A DNA stretch of 64,000 nt from Podarcis tiliguerta. Taxonomy: Eukaryota. The DNA lies in assembly GCA_965153285.1 (NCBI GenBank), contig OZ229115.1. One strand, 5' to 3'. Of this stretch, positions 35,901 through 44,716 are shown one piece after another (position 1 is the stretch's first letter; every line of letters begins with the position of its first letter). The notes under the pieces are model-generated. The model saw nothing but the letters and a program-made list of their open reading frames with translations, was not told the origin of the DNA and ran no database searches. Position numbers and translations under genes: made by a program.

Positions 35901-38900
35901 TTTTACTTTTAAAACTGGCACAAGAAGCTCATGCTTTGATGATGATAGCAGTGTTGTGGAAGGGGGTGCTTAACCCTTTCTGCTCACACTGTTTCCCTGA
36001 TCTCTCCCCCCCCCCCACACTTTCTCCTGGATGCTGATGAGAACTTGGGGGAGGCGTGGCATAGGAGGGAGAGGTTAAAACCACCTCTCCTAGTTCTGCT
36101 GATATCAAATTTTGTGCCTGTTTGATGGTTTATTAAAAAGCCATGTGATCCATTTACAGATCTCCTGCATTGCATGTAGTTTGGACCCCCAAAACACAGA
36201 CACCACTAGAATTTGTTTTTGTTCCTATAAAATTATCCAAATATTTATCAGAGGTATTTCACACAATCAAACTGACAGAGACTGTGAGAGAGGAATAGAT
36301 TCTGAGCTAAGACGGGCACTTGCTGAAGCAGTTGTGTGATTGCCAAGAGGAATGCCACATACATGCACAGCTCGAAACTCCTCGTTTATGCTGTCACCAG
36401 AATGTCGCTTCGATGGAAGCGTAATAAATGTAGGTCACTGTGAACTGAGCCTTCAGGGAAGTGAATGCACAAAAGAATTGCTTCCACACATGTCGAAAAT
36501 CAGCTGATTTGGTTCGTAAGGACTGCTCCAATTCACCATCAGGACCCTTGCAAATTTGAGATTAAAACCAACTTGAGTTAGGGATACCAGGCGTTTGTGT
36601 GTGGCACCAGTTGGGAGAAGACTGGATGCAACAGGGATGATTCTTAGACTGAAAGCCCCCTCCACCTAGGTACAGTGATGAACACACTCTCTCTAACCAC
36701 CCTCCTCCTTTGGACACAGAGCGTGACACTGACTCAGACAGCGACCTCTCCCTGGAGGATGACCAGAGTGGCTCGTACGCTTCCACCCATTCCTCTGACA
36801 GTGAGGAGGATGAAGAATTTCCTAGGGAGCCCTGCTGGGAAAACTTGCTGTGCCCCAACAATGAGAAGCTGCCAGCACACAGCACTCCAAAGGGTAATGC
36901 TGGGGAAGGCTTATTATCATTATTTATTTATTTTATTCATTTATATAGACCCTGACCCACCTGCCAACCATAAGCTCTTTGGGTTCTCTACAACATAAAA
37001 ACAATAGGAACTATTGGAGGGGAAAGCAGATTTAAAACACAGCTTCTGGCAGCTCCAGGGATATCTGAGCCCTCCTACCTGTGGACTGGTGGGATGGGGT
37101 CAGAATTTGCAGACCTTGTGTTCAAACCTAGGTTTATTTTCTCTCTTTCCCCCAGTGGACAACCTCACTGGCCCTGGGAAACCTTACTGGCCAGGTGACT
37201 TTGTGACTACCGCTAGCGAGAGCGATGGGCATGTTGGCTCAGAGAAGCTGCGCGTGGAGCCCATGGGAAAGAACGACCGGCTGGGGCCCACAGAGGAGAT
37301 GCCCAGAGAGAATGGAGAGACACAGACCAGGGACGGCATCTTGGGCTCGCTGCCTCACCCCACAGCCCAGCCCCAGAAAGGTAAGGTTTGACTGTGGGAG
37401 ACCCCAACGCCCACTCACCTGCTCACCCATGAAATCTTAGAAGGGACCCCCTCCATCTGAGGTACCTTGCAGAATTGCGTCCTGGAATCCCAGTCCTATT
37501 CATCATATCAGTTTCAGAATTCAGTATTCTAAAGCCTCAGCCCAGAAACAGGATTCAAAGCAGTTAGTGAAATTTCATGGGGGTGAATATGATTTGTGGG
37601 GCTCAGGGTGTGGTCAGTACACTGCATAGCTCCTTGCCCCTTGGCGTGACTGGAAGCTGCTCACACACTTTTTCCTGATTGACATCATAAATGTGGGTGG
37701 CAGAAGCACTTTTTAATGTGGTGCAGAATAGGGATCCTGTGTCTGGAGTGCTGAGCATACTGAACCCTCATGCCAGGACTGTGGAACCTGTGGCCCTCCA
37801 GATATTGCTTGACAGCTAATGGTGCAGCAATAAAACTGCTAGCACATTTGCAAAGCTAAGCAGCGTCTGGTCTGGTTTCAAATTGGATGGGGGACCACGT
37901 GCTGAGATTCCTGCATTGCAGGGGGTTGGACTAGATGCCCCTTGGGATCCCTTCAATTCTGTGATTCTACAACTCCAACTTCCACCAGCCCCCGTTGATG
38001 TGGCCAATGGTCAGGAATGATGGGGAATGTTCTCCCGCAACATCGATTCCCCGCCCCTCCATTGCCCATATCCCAGAAAGCCAGGATTGGCCAATTCCCC
38101 GTTCCATATTGGCAACCTTGCTACCTGGTGAGGACATTTCCCTTGACCCCAGAACCTTGTGCCCTCCTCAGGCATCCTCAAGAAGAAGTGCTTGCCGCCC
38201 ATCAGTGAGAAGAACAGCATCCAGCGGATCCACAACAAGCTCTCCAGCTGCCGCTCAGGGATGGTGTCATCGCACGGCTCTTCGGGGAGCGACGGCAGCC
38301 GTGGGGGAGGGCCCCCGCGCCCCCGCCAGACGCTACAGGAGCAGCTCAATGGCCTTACGCCCATCACCATGAGCATAAAGACTGGCACAGTGGATGAGGA
38401 CTCTTCGGGCTCCGAGTGAGTATGGCTGAGCCTTCTCCCTGGGGGGCGATGCCCTCCACAGCCCACTCGCCTGAGCCCGCCGCCTCTGTGGAGCCCCCTC
38501 GCCCACACCATGCCTGGTGCATCGGATCCTCCGGGCTGCGACTCCGCTGTGTCTCACCTGTCCCCAGGCTGTGCCTCTCTCAAAACGTCTCCCTGTCTGC
38601 TGCCTTGTAGCTCCTTAGATCCTTCGTAGCTTTCGCTAAATGTTCTTGCCGTTTCACTGGACCTTATTTTCACATGGGCTTGCTAAGAATCTCTACTTCT
38701 ATTTCCTTTGCCTTTTCCACTCACGGGCTAGATCCTGACCTGGCACATGGCCAGGAGTGTACCTGTTTCTTCAGGAGCCACCCCATGCCCCACATCCCAA
38801 TTTGGAAAAGGTGTCAAGGCAGCCTTAAAAAACAGGCTGTGTCAGCCGTCCCTTTGCCGCCCCTTGTAGGCTGGGAGGGGGGAGATTTATTGGAATGTGT

Positions 38901-39304
38901 GGGGAGCATGGGAACCAGTTTGCCCAGTGGGATACTGGGAGAAGATAGCATCCCGGGGCTGAGGCTAGAAGCTATAGATGAGGCATCCTTTCCTCTGGGC
39001 AATGGGCTCTGATCCTCTCAAATGCCATGTCTTTTCCTGTGTTCTTGTAAGATGCTCAGGGACTGGGCACAAGCCTGCCTTGCAGATCCTGACCTGAGCA
39101 AGTGGGTTGGGCTAGGAGCCATCCTGACCCTGGGCAGGGCTGGGTGGATGTGGGGGGGGGGGGGAGACACGCTGTCCTATTCTAACTTCTTCCTCAGCTC
39201 TCTGGCACTAACCCAACCTCTCCTCCCTTCTCTGTCTTTCTCTCGTTCTCTCCCCTCTCGCTTCAATCTCGCCCAGATTTCTGTTTTTTAATTTCCTCCA
39301 TTAA
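1808..39304 (+). CDS. CELSR2: Cadherin EGF LAG seven-pass G-type receptor 2 (adhesion GPCR). 5'-partial gene span with 32 coding exons; the cadherin-repeat exons lie upstream of the window.
   Basis: The spliced translation matches recalled human CELSR2 from [18 protein letters not shown] to the CELSR2-type C-terminus [16 protein letters not shown]. All 31 introns are GT-AG and exon phases join without frameshift. Confidence 0.97.
2222..2310 (+). CDS. CELSR2: CELSR2 exon (LamG1)
   Basis: [29 protein letters not shown]|gtaagt; 89 nt. Confidence 0.95.
2326..2467 (+). mobile_element. tRNA-Lys(CTT)-derived SINE with CR1-type 3' tail
   Basis: tagctcagtcggtagagcatgagactcttcatctcagggttgtgggttcaag..cacattgggc is a mutated tRNA-Lys lacking the 5' acceptor strand. 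The tail is agggggttgaactagag..attctatgattc. Confidence 0.85.
3872..4229 (+). mobile_element. Full-length Sauria SINE
   Basis: GGGACGCGGGTGGCGCTGTGGG head, (ACCTTT)n tail, 13-bp TSD TATAGGGAGAAGT at 3857-3869 and 4230-4242. Confidence 0.92.
5647..6167. mobile_element. Old non-autonomous hAT (Charlie-like) element
   Basis: Terminal inverted repeats cagaggtggggaacc ... ggttccccacccctg. Confidence 0.55.
7759..8001 (-). mobile_element. Solo LTR (243 bp)
   Basis: 5-bp TSD CCATG (7754-7758, 8002-8006). On -, TATAAAA (7871-7865) is followed by AATAAA (7819-7814). One terminus is intact (CA on -); the other dinucleotide is mutated. Confidence 0.75.
12694..12851 (+). CDS. CELSR2: CELSR2 exon (LamG1)
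   Basis: [26 protein letters not shown]...GTQSGTK; 158 nt. Confidence 0.95.
13300..13532. mobile_element. Tc1/mariner (Tigger/pogo-like) MITE
   Basis: TA + CAGTCGTACC ... GGTACGACTG; same family as 51893-52123. Confidence 0.75.
13796..13959 (+). CDS. CELSR2: CELSR2 exon (end of LamG1)
   Basis: [22 protein letters not shown]...[13 protein letters not shown]; 164 nt. Confidence 0.95.
14250..14375 (+). CDS. CELSR2: CELSR2 exon (EGF)
   Basis: [41 protein letters not shown]; 126 nt. Confidence 0.95.
15120..15403. mobile_element. Nested palindromic hAT-type MITEs (younger copy at about 15142-15278 inside an older one)
   Basis: The outer gatggggaacct ... aggttccccatgcctg is split by an inner ttctcaacctgtgg..actacaactcccatca..tgatgggagttgtagt..cacaggttgagaa. 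Confidence 0.7.
15436..15571. mobile_element. Near-perfect palindromic MITE (136 bp)
   Basis: 58-bp inverted arms with 2 mismatches. Confidence 0.85.
15826..15863. repeat. (CA)n(GA)n microsatellite
   Basis: Direct inspection. Confidence 0.9.
16596..16762 (+). CDS. CELSR2: CELSR2 exon (LamG2)
   Basis: [15 protein letters not shown]...[12 protein letters not shown]...STITLW; 167 nt. Confidence 0.93.
16929..17114 (+). CDS. CELSR2: CELSR2 exon (LamG2)
   Basis: [10 protein letters not shown]...[11 protein letters not shown]...FDYGLHQ; 186 nt. Confidence 0.93.
17338..17487. mobile_element. hAT-type MITE
   Basis: caatgctgtttt...aaaaaaagccctg; degenerate 8-bp TSD cctctacc/cctctatt. Confidence 0.6.
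17587..17700 (+). CDS. CELSR2: CELSR2 exon (LamG2)
   Basis: [24 protein letters not shown]...GFRGCMQ; 114 nt. Confidence 0.93.
17919..17990. repeat. (CT)n(GT)n microsatellite
   Basis: Direct inspection; it is the source of the ERERER/LSLSLS ORFs. Confidence 0.9.
18977..19151 (+). CDS. CELSR2: CELSR2 exon (end of LamG2/EGF)
   Basis: GVRMGET...[32 protein letters not shown]; 175 nt. Confidence 0.95.
19338..19403 (-). mobile_element. Penelope terminal-repeat fragment with mutated minimal hammerhead
   Basis: On -: gtatCTGAAGAagtgtgcatgcacacAAAAgctca..ttggtctctaaggtgctac. Confidence 0.65.
19675..20173 (-). mobile_element. Solo LTR (499 bp)
   Basis: TGTCAGG...CCTGACA termini with a perfect 5-bp TSD GGTGG (19670-19674, 20174-20178). 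Orientation is inferred from the internal ORF. Confidence 0.8.
20312..20453 (+). CDS. CELSR2: CELSR2 exon (EGF)
   Basis: [46 protein letters not shown]; 142 nt. Confidence 0.95.
21666..21786 (+). CDS. CELSR2: CELSR2 exon (EGF)
   Basis: [40 protein letters not shown]; 121 nt. Confidence 0.95.
22559..22732. mobile_element. hAT-type MITE (174 bp)
   Basis: Perfect 8-bp TSD ACTGGTAG (22551-22558, 22733-22740); CAGTGCTTTTT left terminus. Confidence 0.8.
23177..23360 (+). CDS. CELSR2: CELSR2 exon (laminin EGF)
   Basis: [28 protein letters not shown]...[17 protein letters not shown]; 184 nt. Confidence 0.95.
24087..24188 (+). CDS. CELSR2: CELSR2 exon (hormone receptor motif)
   Basis: [33 protein letters not shown]; 102 nt. 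Confidence 0.95.
24400..24520 (-). mobile_element. Degenerate Penelope terminal-repeat fragment
   Basis: ttcagaggtgtagctgcgttcgtct..ggccccttagatgcaaacaaatgtatt..tgatgc resembles the copies at 556-630 and 19338-19403. Confidence 0.5.
24554..24648 (+). CDS. CELSR2: CELSR2 exon (hormone receptor motif)
   Basis: [31 protein letters not shown]; 95 nt. Confidence 0.95.
25243..25452 (+). CDS. CELSR2: CELSR2 exon (GAIN)
   Basis: AERLWRNES...[13 protein letters not shown]; 210 nt. Confidence 0.95.
25630..25817 (+). mobile_element. CR1 LINE 3' end fragment
   Basis: ..gccactgtgag..gctggactagatgggcctgatccagcaagctcttctt tail. Confidence 0.55.
26633..26816 (+). CDS. CELSR2: CELSR2 exon (GAIN)
   Basis: [11 protein letters not shown]...[15 protein letters not shown]...PFTIITPNI; 184 nt. 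Confidence 0.95.
26836..27348. mobile_element. Old hAT (Ac-like) non-autonomous element with a nested MITE at about 27059-27185
   Basis: TAGGGCTG...GCGACCCTA termini; subterminal aatcgactaa/aatcaactaa motifs. Confidence 0.45.
27812..27955 (+). CDS. CELSR2: CELSR2 exon (GAIN)
   Basis: [47 protein letters not shown]; 144 nt. Confidence 0.95.
28223..28400 (+). CDS. CELSR2: CELSR2 exon (GAIN)
   Basis: PSMANAK...[38 protein letters not shown]; 178 nt. Confidence 0.93.
29131..29298 (+). CDS. CELSR2: CELSR2 exon (GAIN/start of GPS)
   Basis: [18 protein letters not shown]...[16 protein letters not shown]; 168 nt. Confidence 0.96.
29416..29542 (+). CDS. CELSR2: CELSR2 exon (GPS and Stachel)
   Basis: [42 protein letters not shown]; 127 nt. 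Confidence 0.96.
29715..29915 (+). CDS. CELSR2: CELSR2 exon (TM1-2)
   Basis: [12 protein letters not shown]...[10 protein letters not shown]; 201 nt. Confidence 0.96.
30114..30288 (+). CDS. CELSR2: CELSR2 exon (TM3-4)
   Basis: [14 protein letters not shown]...[18 protein letters not shown]; 175 nt. Confidence 0.96.
30622..30734 (+). CDS. CELSR2: CELSR2 exon (ECL2/TM5)
   Basis: [37 protein letters not shown]; 113 nt. Confidence 0.96.
31741..31820 (+). CDS. CELSR2: CELSR2 exon (TM5/ICL3)
   Basis: [26 protein letters not shown]; 80 nt. Confidence 0.94.
32362..32488 (+). CDS. CELSR2: CELSR2 exon (TM6-7)
   Basis: [42 protein letters not shown]; 127 nt. Confidence 0.95.
33102..33224 (+). CDS. 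CELSR2: CELSR2 exon (TM7/helix 8)
   Basis: [41 protein letters not shown]; 123 nt; not in the ORF track. Confidence 0.94.
33896..33985. mobile_element. 90-bp palindromic hAT MITE
   Basis: CATAGCTGTCAA...TTGACAGCTATG; TSD agcatgag/agcacgag. Confidence 0.8.
34395..34525 (+). CDS. CELSR2: CELSR2 exon (C-tail)
   Basis: [43 protein letters not shown]; 131 nt. Confidence 0.94.
35121..35209 (+). CDS. CELSR2: CELSR2 exon (C-tail)
   Basis: [29 protein letters not shown]; 89 nt. Confidence 0.9.
36720..36893 (+). CDS. CELSR2: CELSR2 exon (acidic SE/D region)
   Basis: [33 protein letters not shown]...HSTPK; 174 nt. Confidence 0.94.
37156..37380 (+). CDS. CELSR2: CELSR2 exon (C-tail)
   Basis: [22 protein letters not shown]...AQPQK; 225 nt. 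Confidence 0.92.
37814..37968 (+). mobile_element. 5S-rRNA-derived SINE with CR1-type tail, inserted inside a MITE
   Basis: aagctaagcagcgtctggtctggtt..ttggatgggggacc matches the 5S internal control region. The tail is agattcctgcattgcagggggttggactagatg..gtgattct. Confidence 0.75.
38172..38415 (+). CDS. CELSR2: CELSR2 penultimate coding exon
   Basis: [13 protein letters not shown]...[27 protein letters not shown]; 244 nt. Confidence 0.95.
39277..39304 (+). CDS. CELSR2: CELSR2 terminal coding exon (human-type FLFFNFLH*)
   Basis: Long pyrimidine tract, then cag|A TTT CTG TTT TTT AAT TTC CTC CAT TAA. Confidence 0.92.
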
Positions 39305-39411
39305 CACGCGAGCCCCAGGGGGGGTGCTTTGCTCAAACCTGCTCACGACCATGCTCATGTGTTTGTTTCCCCCCGTCCCCCCGTCTCGCTTTGTGTTTGA
39401 TCACTGAGCAG

Positions 39412-39433
39412 GAGCGATGAAACCTCAATCTGA
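39412..39433 (+). CDS. CELSR2: Candidate alternative CELSR2 terminal coding segment (SDETSI*, PDZ-binding)
   Basis: Second pyrimidine tract at 39361-39398, then gagcag|G AGC GAT GAA ACC TCA ATC TGA, in frame with the phase-2 donor at 38415. Confidence 0.7.
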
Positions 39434-42400
39434 CGCCAACGCCTGCACCAGGCTCTGTTTCCCTTGTGCTTTGGCCAGTCCGGGAGCCAGGATTGCTCTC
39501 AAACCGCAGCGAGGAATGTTGTCTCCTTCAGCCCAGCCCGGCCCAGGGAGCCGGACCCACCATACCTAGTGCCAAATGAAAACCGAGCTGCCGCCCCGGC
39601 ACCTGGGGGGGAGGGGAACAGCAGGTCCCAGGAGGTGGACCTACTTGAACCGATGCACTTTGGATCATTGTGAAAACAGACAAACAAGAAACACAAACTC
39701 AACCACCTCCACGTCTTCAGGGATTTTCATGCTTTGTTGCCCAGTCTGGAACTGCTGTGTGTCTGGAATATTTTTCTCTCTTTCTTATCTATCAGAATTG
39801 GGCTGGGGGAGCCTCAGCAGTAACCACGTGCCCAGGCTTCTTGCAAATGCATTACCTGTGAAGATGCTTGCATATCTGACAATGGGGATGAGCTAGGAGC
39901 CTGTGCACTTGAAGATGGCTGCCGCCAGGGGGCACTGAAAACCGTAGGTTTTAGCATGCGAGGCAAATGTAGATGGCATCTTCCTCCTCAAATGGTAACT
40001 TGGAATTAAAGCCTGAGGGCGTGACAGACTTGGCCATGCGGGAGGGACCTGCGTGAGACCTATGCTACGTGCCGCTTGGAGAAAGTAGGCAGGCTGTGCA
40101 TAGAAGCTGACTCCTTCGGAGGCTCTAAGACCTCAGTTGCATATAAACAAAACCAGGAGAGAGCCCTCATCCCCCTGCTCTGCAGTGTGTGTGTATCATA
40201 ATCATGCTTTTTATGACCCAGTAGCATGGGCTTAAGCACACCTCCCAAGGTGCAACTAAGGCACGGTAAAACAATGCGCAGGTCAGTCTCTGGCTATTTG
40301 GCACATAGGAAAGTTTGGAGCCCGAGATCTTGGTTGTGCCGTGCCAATCAACCATAGAACTGAGAAGGAAAAGATCGTCCAAATAGCTTTCCCTGGACTC
40401 TGTAGACATACACTAGCGCTCCCTGCAGGTGCGCAGTACCACCTCGTCTCAAGGAAAATAAAAGGCTTTTCCTGCTCTTACAGTTTTAACAGAGTGGTTG
40501 GATTGTTACAGAAACCCAGAGCCATTGTCGCAGGACGCGAATTGCCATGATGCTACCTACAGCCGTGGTCTGGACAGATTTGCTGGGTCTGCTGTGGATC
40601 TAGCCCCTTCCCTGGGCCAGCCTCAGTGCCCCAGACTGCACAGTGGGACCAGGGGCTTAGGACCTCCCCAGTGGGCCACTGCTGGCATCCGTGGAAATGC
40701 TCCATCCTGGACCAGGGCTAACATCCTTTTTGGGTTGCGACAGCCACTCCTCTCCAAGCTCAGCCTGCCAATCCAGTGACTCGGCCCCGTGGGGATGCTC
40801 TGAGAGGCAGCCCACCAAGGTGCTGAGCGCCGTGGGTGTGGCCTGCTGAGCCGTCAGCCCATGCTGCAATTATTTTCGTAGACAATGACAAAAAAGAAAA
40901 AAGTCCCACCTCCCTGCTCCTCTCAGCCAATCAGCACCTGGTCCACGTGCTGCCAGGCCGGAGCCGGGATGCTGCCTTGATGTCTCTCAATAGCGCCTGG
41001 CTCTCATGCCAACAGGGTGCTGCCTTTCTGCCTCAGAAGCCTTCATTTTTCTACACTCAGCCAAGCCTGATGCCTGCTCATAATGGGGATTTTCATGCTG
41101 GGTCCTTTTGGAAAGTACTTTTTTATAACGTTCCTTGGGGTGGGGGTGGGTGGGAGAAGAGAGATTTTTCTGATAAGGGAGTTGGGGGAAGAGGGGGAGG
41201 GCGGCCGGGGGAAGAGGGGTGAAGGCACTGTTTATTTTGATGTTGTGGGTTTTTTTAAAAAAAATATTTGACCACTGCTGAAGGATGTTCTAATTTAAAA
41301 GAGATGGAAAGCCCCTTAGGGGGGCTACATCTTTAGATTCGTAGCAATGTTAAGTCTCATTAGCCGGGGCGCAAGATGCGATGCGCTTGAACTGACTTGG
41401 TCGAGGTTTGCACAATGAGGAGTTAATTGAGACTTGACCATTGCTATGATCTGGCTTGTCAAAGGATATGGTTCCCAAAAACACACCCCAAGGCTTCTGT
41501 GTTCGTTGCCTCTAGGAATCTTGGCCATTGCCGTCAGGCCTTTTTAGTGGCCTCTGTCCTTGCCAATTCCTATCCTTTTCTTGGAATGTTTTAACATGGA
41601 TGTGATTCTCATGAACCTGTGTAATGTCAGCCTGGCACTTTAGCAGCAGCCGCCCACAACGCTAAGCAGACAAGGGGGCTCAGCTCCAGCCTCTTTAATA
41701 CATGGATTATCCAGAGAGAGTCTTGCTTCCAACTAGTGTCCCCGGTAAGCCCATTTAAGTGAAAGGCGAAACTGGTGTTTCCCTCGCTTCTGTATCCAAA
41801 ACAATAGTATCTGACTAATTTCCACCTGCAAGTCTATGCTGTCAGTGACATCCAGCCCCACTTGGGACAACTTATTCTCATATCTAAAGCAAAGTGGAGA
41901 CCTATATTGAAATAAGGGTGGTCCAGACAGGCAAGGGCCCACAATTCCCCTTGTGTGATGCTGTCTGATGGGTATTCCAGCACTAAAGACAGATCAAGCA
42001 ATCTCTGGACTTCCTGTCTCCTCCCGTAGGTGACCGAGGCTTCTGAGCACAGGGAACTGGGTGCAGCCCTTGGTCCTTGCTGGTCTACCAAATCATCTAG
42101 AACAAAAGCTGCACGTGCTGATCAACTTTAGACACACGGAACAATCAGAACCAATTCAGAAATGGACTAGGAGAGGCAACAAGAGGAGCTTACCCTCTCA
42201 GACTTTGCATTGCTAACTCCAAGCGAGAGCAAGCAACGTCCCGGATCTCTAGACTCCAGTGAAGTATCTGCAGAAGTCGAGGAATACCTTCTGTGGTGCT
42301 GAATTATGGCTTGGAGGGAGGACCAACAGTTACTGTTGTTACCATGTCTTCCATAACACCGCCCCCTCCCACAGGAAAAGCTGGACGCATCTCTTCCTGC

Positions 42401-44163
42401 CAGCATTTGCCAAATATTTTCTCTTTCAAGGTTACACGACAAGCAGCTAGCTAGCAGGTGCAGCCATTCCTATTACTGAAGCTGCATGCTAGGAAAAGCT
42501 TCACCTGCTACCTTTTTCGCTTGCCATGAGACCAGGAAAGACACAGGAGTTGTACTAGGGGGGAGATTTCAACCTGCTCCCCACCCCACTCCCTACAGTA
42601 CCTCTAACCTAAGGTTTTAGTCTGCAACCCCCGTGCACAGAATAGTCTACCGTACCTTCCTATGCAAGCTCTTTCTCACGTGGAGAAAGCGCTAACTGAA
42701 CAGATCTGAAAAGCAGTATTGAGGAAAGAATTATTCAGCACAAGCTCTCTCGAAGCAGCTGTTAACTTCTAGAACAAACTGTCTTCTGCCCCATTACTCT
42801 GTCCAAGACGGGGCAGAATTGGAGCGGCGAGGGCATGTCCCTCCATTTGTGACCAAGTGTTAATGAAACCTTTAAAAGCACCAGAGATTGAGGAGGCAGC
42901 AGCTCCTAGACGAAGCACCATGCAAGAACTCAGCTTCTGCTCCATTACTGCAATTTGCAAAATCTTTTTGAGTCTTAAACCTGCCGTCCGCAGAGAACCT
43001 GTTTCGCCCATCTATAGAATTTATGTGTTTGGCGTGTCTGCATTTTAATTTATTTTTTTTACTGTTATCTTTTTGATGTGTATTCTTATATTTACTGGCA
43101 ACTATCTGCCTGCTGCTGTGCCATCCTAGGGGAAGGGCTGGGACAAATTAGAGTCAAGGGGGTGAGAGGGGGTGGAGAGAATACCACCACCTAGGTCCTT
43201 CGAACCAGAAGTGTTAAGTTAAAAGGTATGTGAAGTCGGGAAACGTCTAGGGAAGTGCATGGAGAAGCAGCCTACTGCTGGTTAATCATCTTAAGCTGCA
43301 TCCTATAGAAGGCACAGCCTGCCACATGGATCTTCCACCTGGGAGGTTAGGTAGATCGGCTGACCCTGTGGCACTCAGTCAGGGAGGGATGGGGAACCAG
43401 TGACTCTACAGATGCCACTGGACTCTGCCTCATCCCTTACCATTGGCCATACTGGCTGGGGCTGGTGGGAGCTGGAGCCCAGCAACATCCCTGTTCCTGC
43501 ACTAAATGGACCATATAATAGGAGTCGAGAGTCTGAATGAACTGGCACCTGCAGTGAAGTTGCATTTGCTGCAGACTTTGGCTCTGCTCCTTTGCACAGC
43601 TCACCACATCCTTCACTTCACAGCCACCACCGTCCCCACCTGAGCACATGTACTTGTGGACTCAGTGTGTCAATATTAGCTCCAAAGCAGCCGACTTGTC
43701 AATCCACCACCTTCCTCTGCAATAGCCAATGGGGTCATTTTCAGCAGAGCTCAACCAGAGCCAGATACAGTTGCCTCCTTTTGCTGGTAGGGCACCAGTG
43801 CCTTGGATTGCTGCACGACAGACAGCAATTCAACAGACTTCTTTTCTGTTATTGTATCTTCAGGCTGGAAGAAGGGAATGCTACACCTGCCTGCCAGGTA
43901 GCTATTGAAGGTGCTGAAGCGTTACCAGGAAAGAATGGCAACTCTACTTTCCCCTAAGAAGCCTAGCTCTTCTCCCTTTTAGCAAGCCAGGGTATAGGGG
44001 GGAGATCAGAGGGGGGAAATGTGGTGGTTTCACCTTTTGGAGGAACAAAATGTTTTACCGACTGCTGTGATGCTGGCTCTTCCCTGGAAACAAAATAGTT
44101 GAAGTGTACAGGTAGGGTTGTTAATGTAAATACTGTAGGGTTCATTCCCCTTACCTACTAAAC

Positions 44164-44169
44164 AATAAA
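44164..44169 (+). terminator. Probable CELSR2 polyadenylation signal (3' UTR about 4.9 kb)
   Basis: AATAAA preceded by TGTAAATA (44125-44132), at the end of a largely repeat-poor UTR-like tract. A more proximal AATAAA lies at 40457. Confidence 0.6.
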
Positions 44170-44716
44170 ACCATAGTTCTGTGCAGGTGACTTCATTTCA
44201 GTTCCACACCCACACCTTGTGCTAGAGACCAATAAGCAAGATTTGGCAGAGCTGAAGCTCTTGAGTTTTCTCACTGCTTGGGTGGATGGGAAGGAGGCAG
44301 ACCAATACTGGTCAAATCTTCCAGGAGGAAACGCTGCAACACACTTTAAATATTGGGAGGCCATTGCCAAGCTCTGATGCTAGCATGACCACTGGTAACT
44401 CACAAGAAATTCTTCAGCTCCTTGGCAACACAGCAGGTTCCTTAACTGAGCCAGTTTGTCCAGTAGGCTCCATCTGCAAAACCCACCACTTCCAGGAAAG
44501 GCTGTACGGAGGTTCATCCATACACTCACACCCAGAGGAAGGAGGCAGCTGTTGTTACCTAGACAACAATAATATACATTCTCACCTCCCAGCACATTGC
44601 TTGACTAAGGCGGTAATAGATTTTCTGTTCCATTACTTGTGTCTCAGATCCACACATTAGTCTGATAGCTATTCACATTACAGTATTCCATGTTCAGACT
44701 AGGTTTCCTCATTGGT

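Noticed and set aside
37853-37898. 5S rRNA gene
   Set aside because: Only a diverged internal ~46 nt segment, embedded in a SINE.
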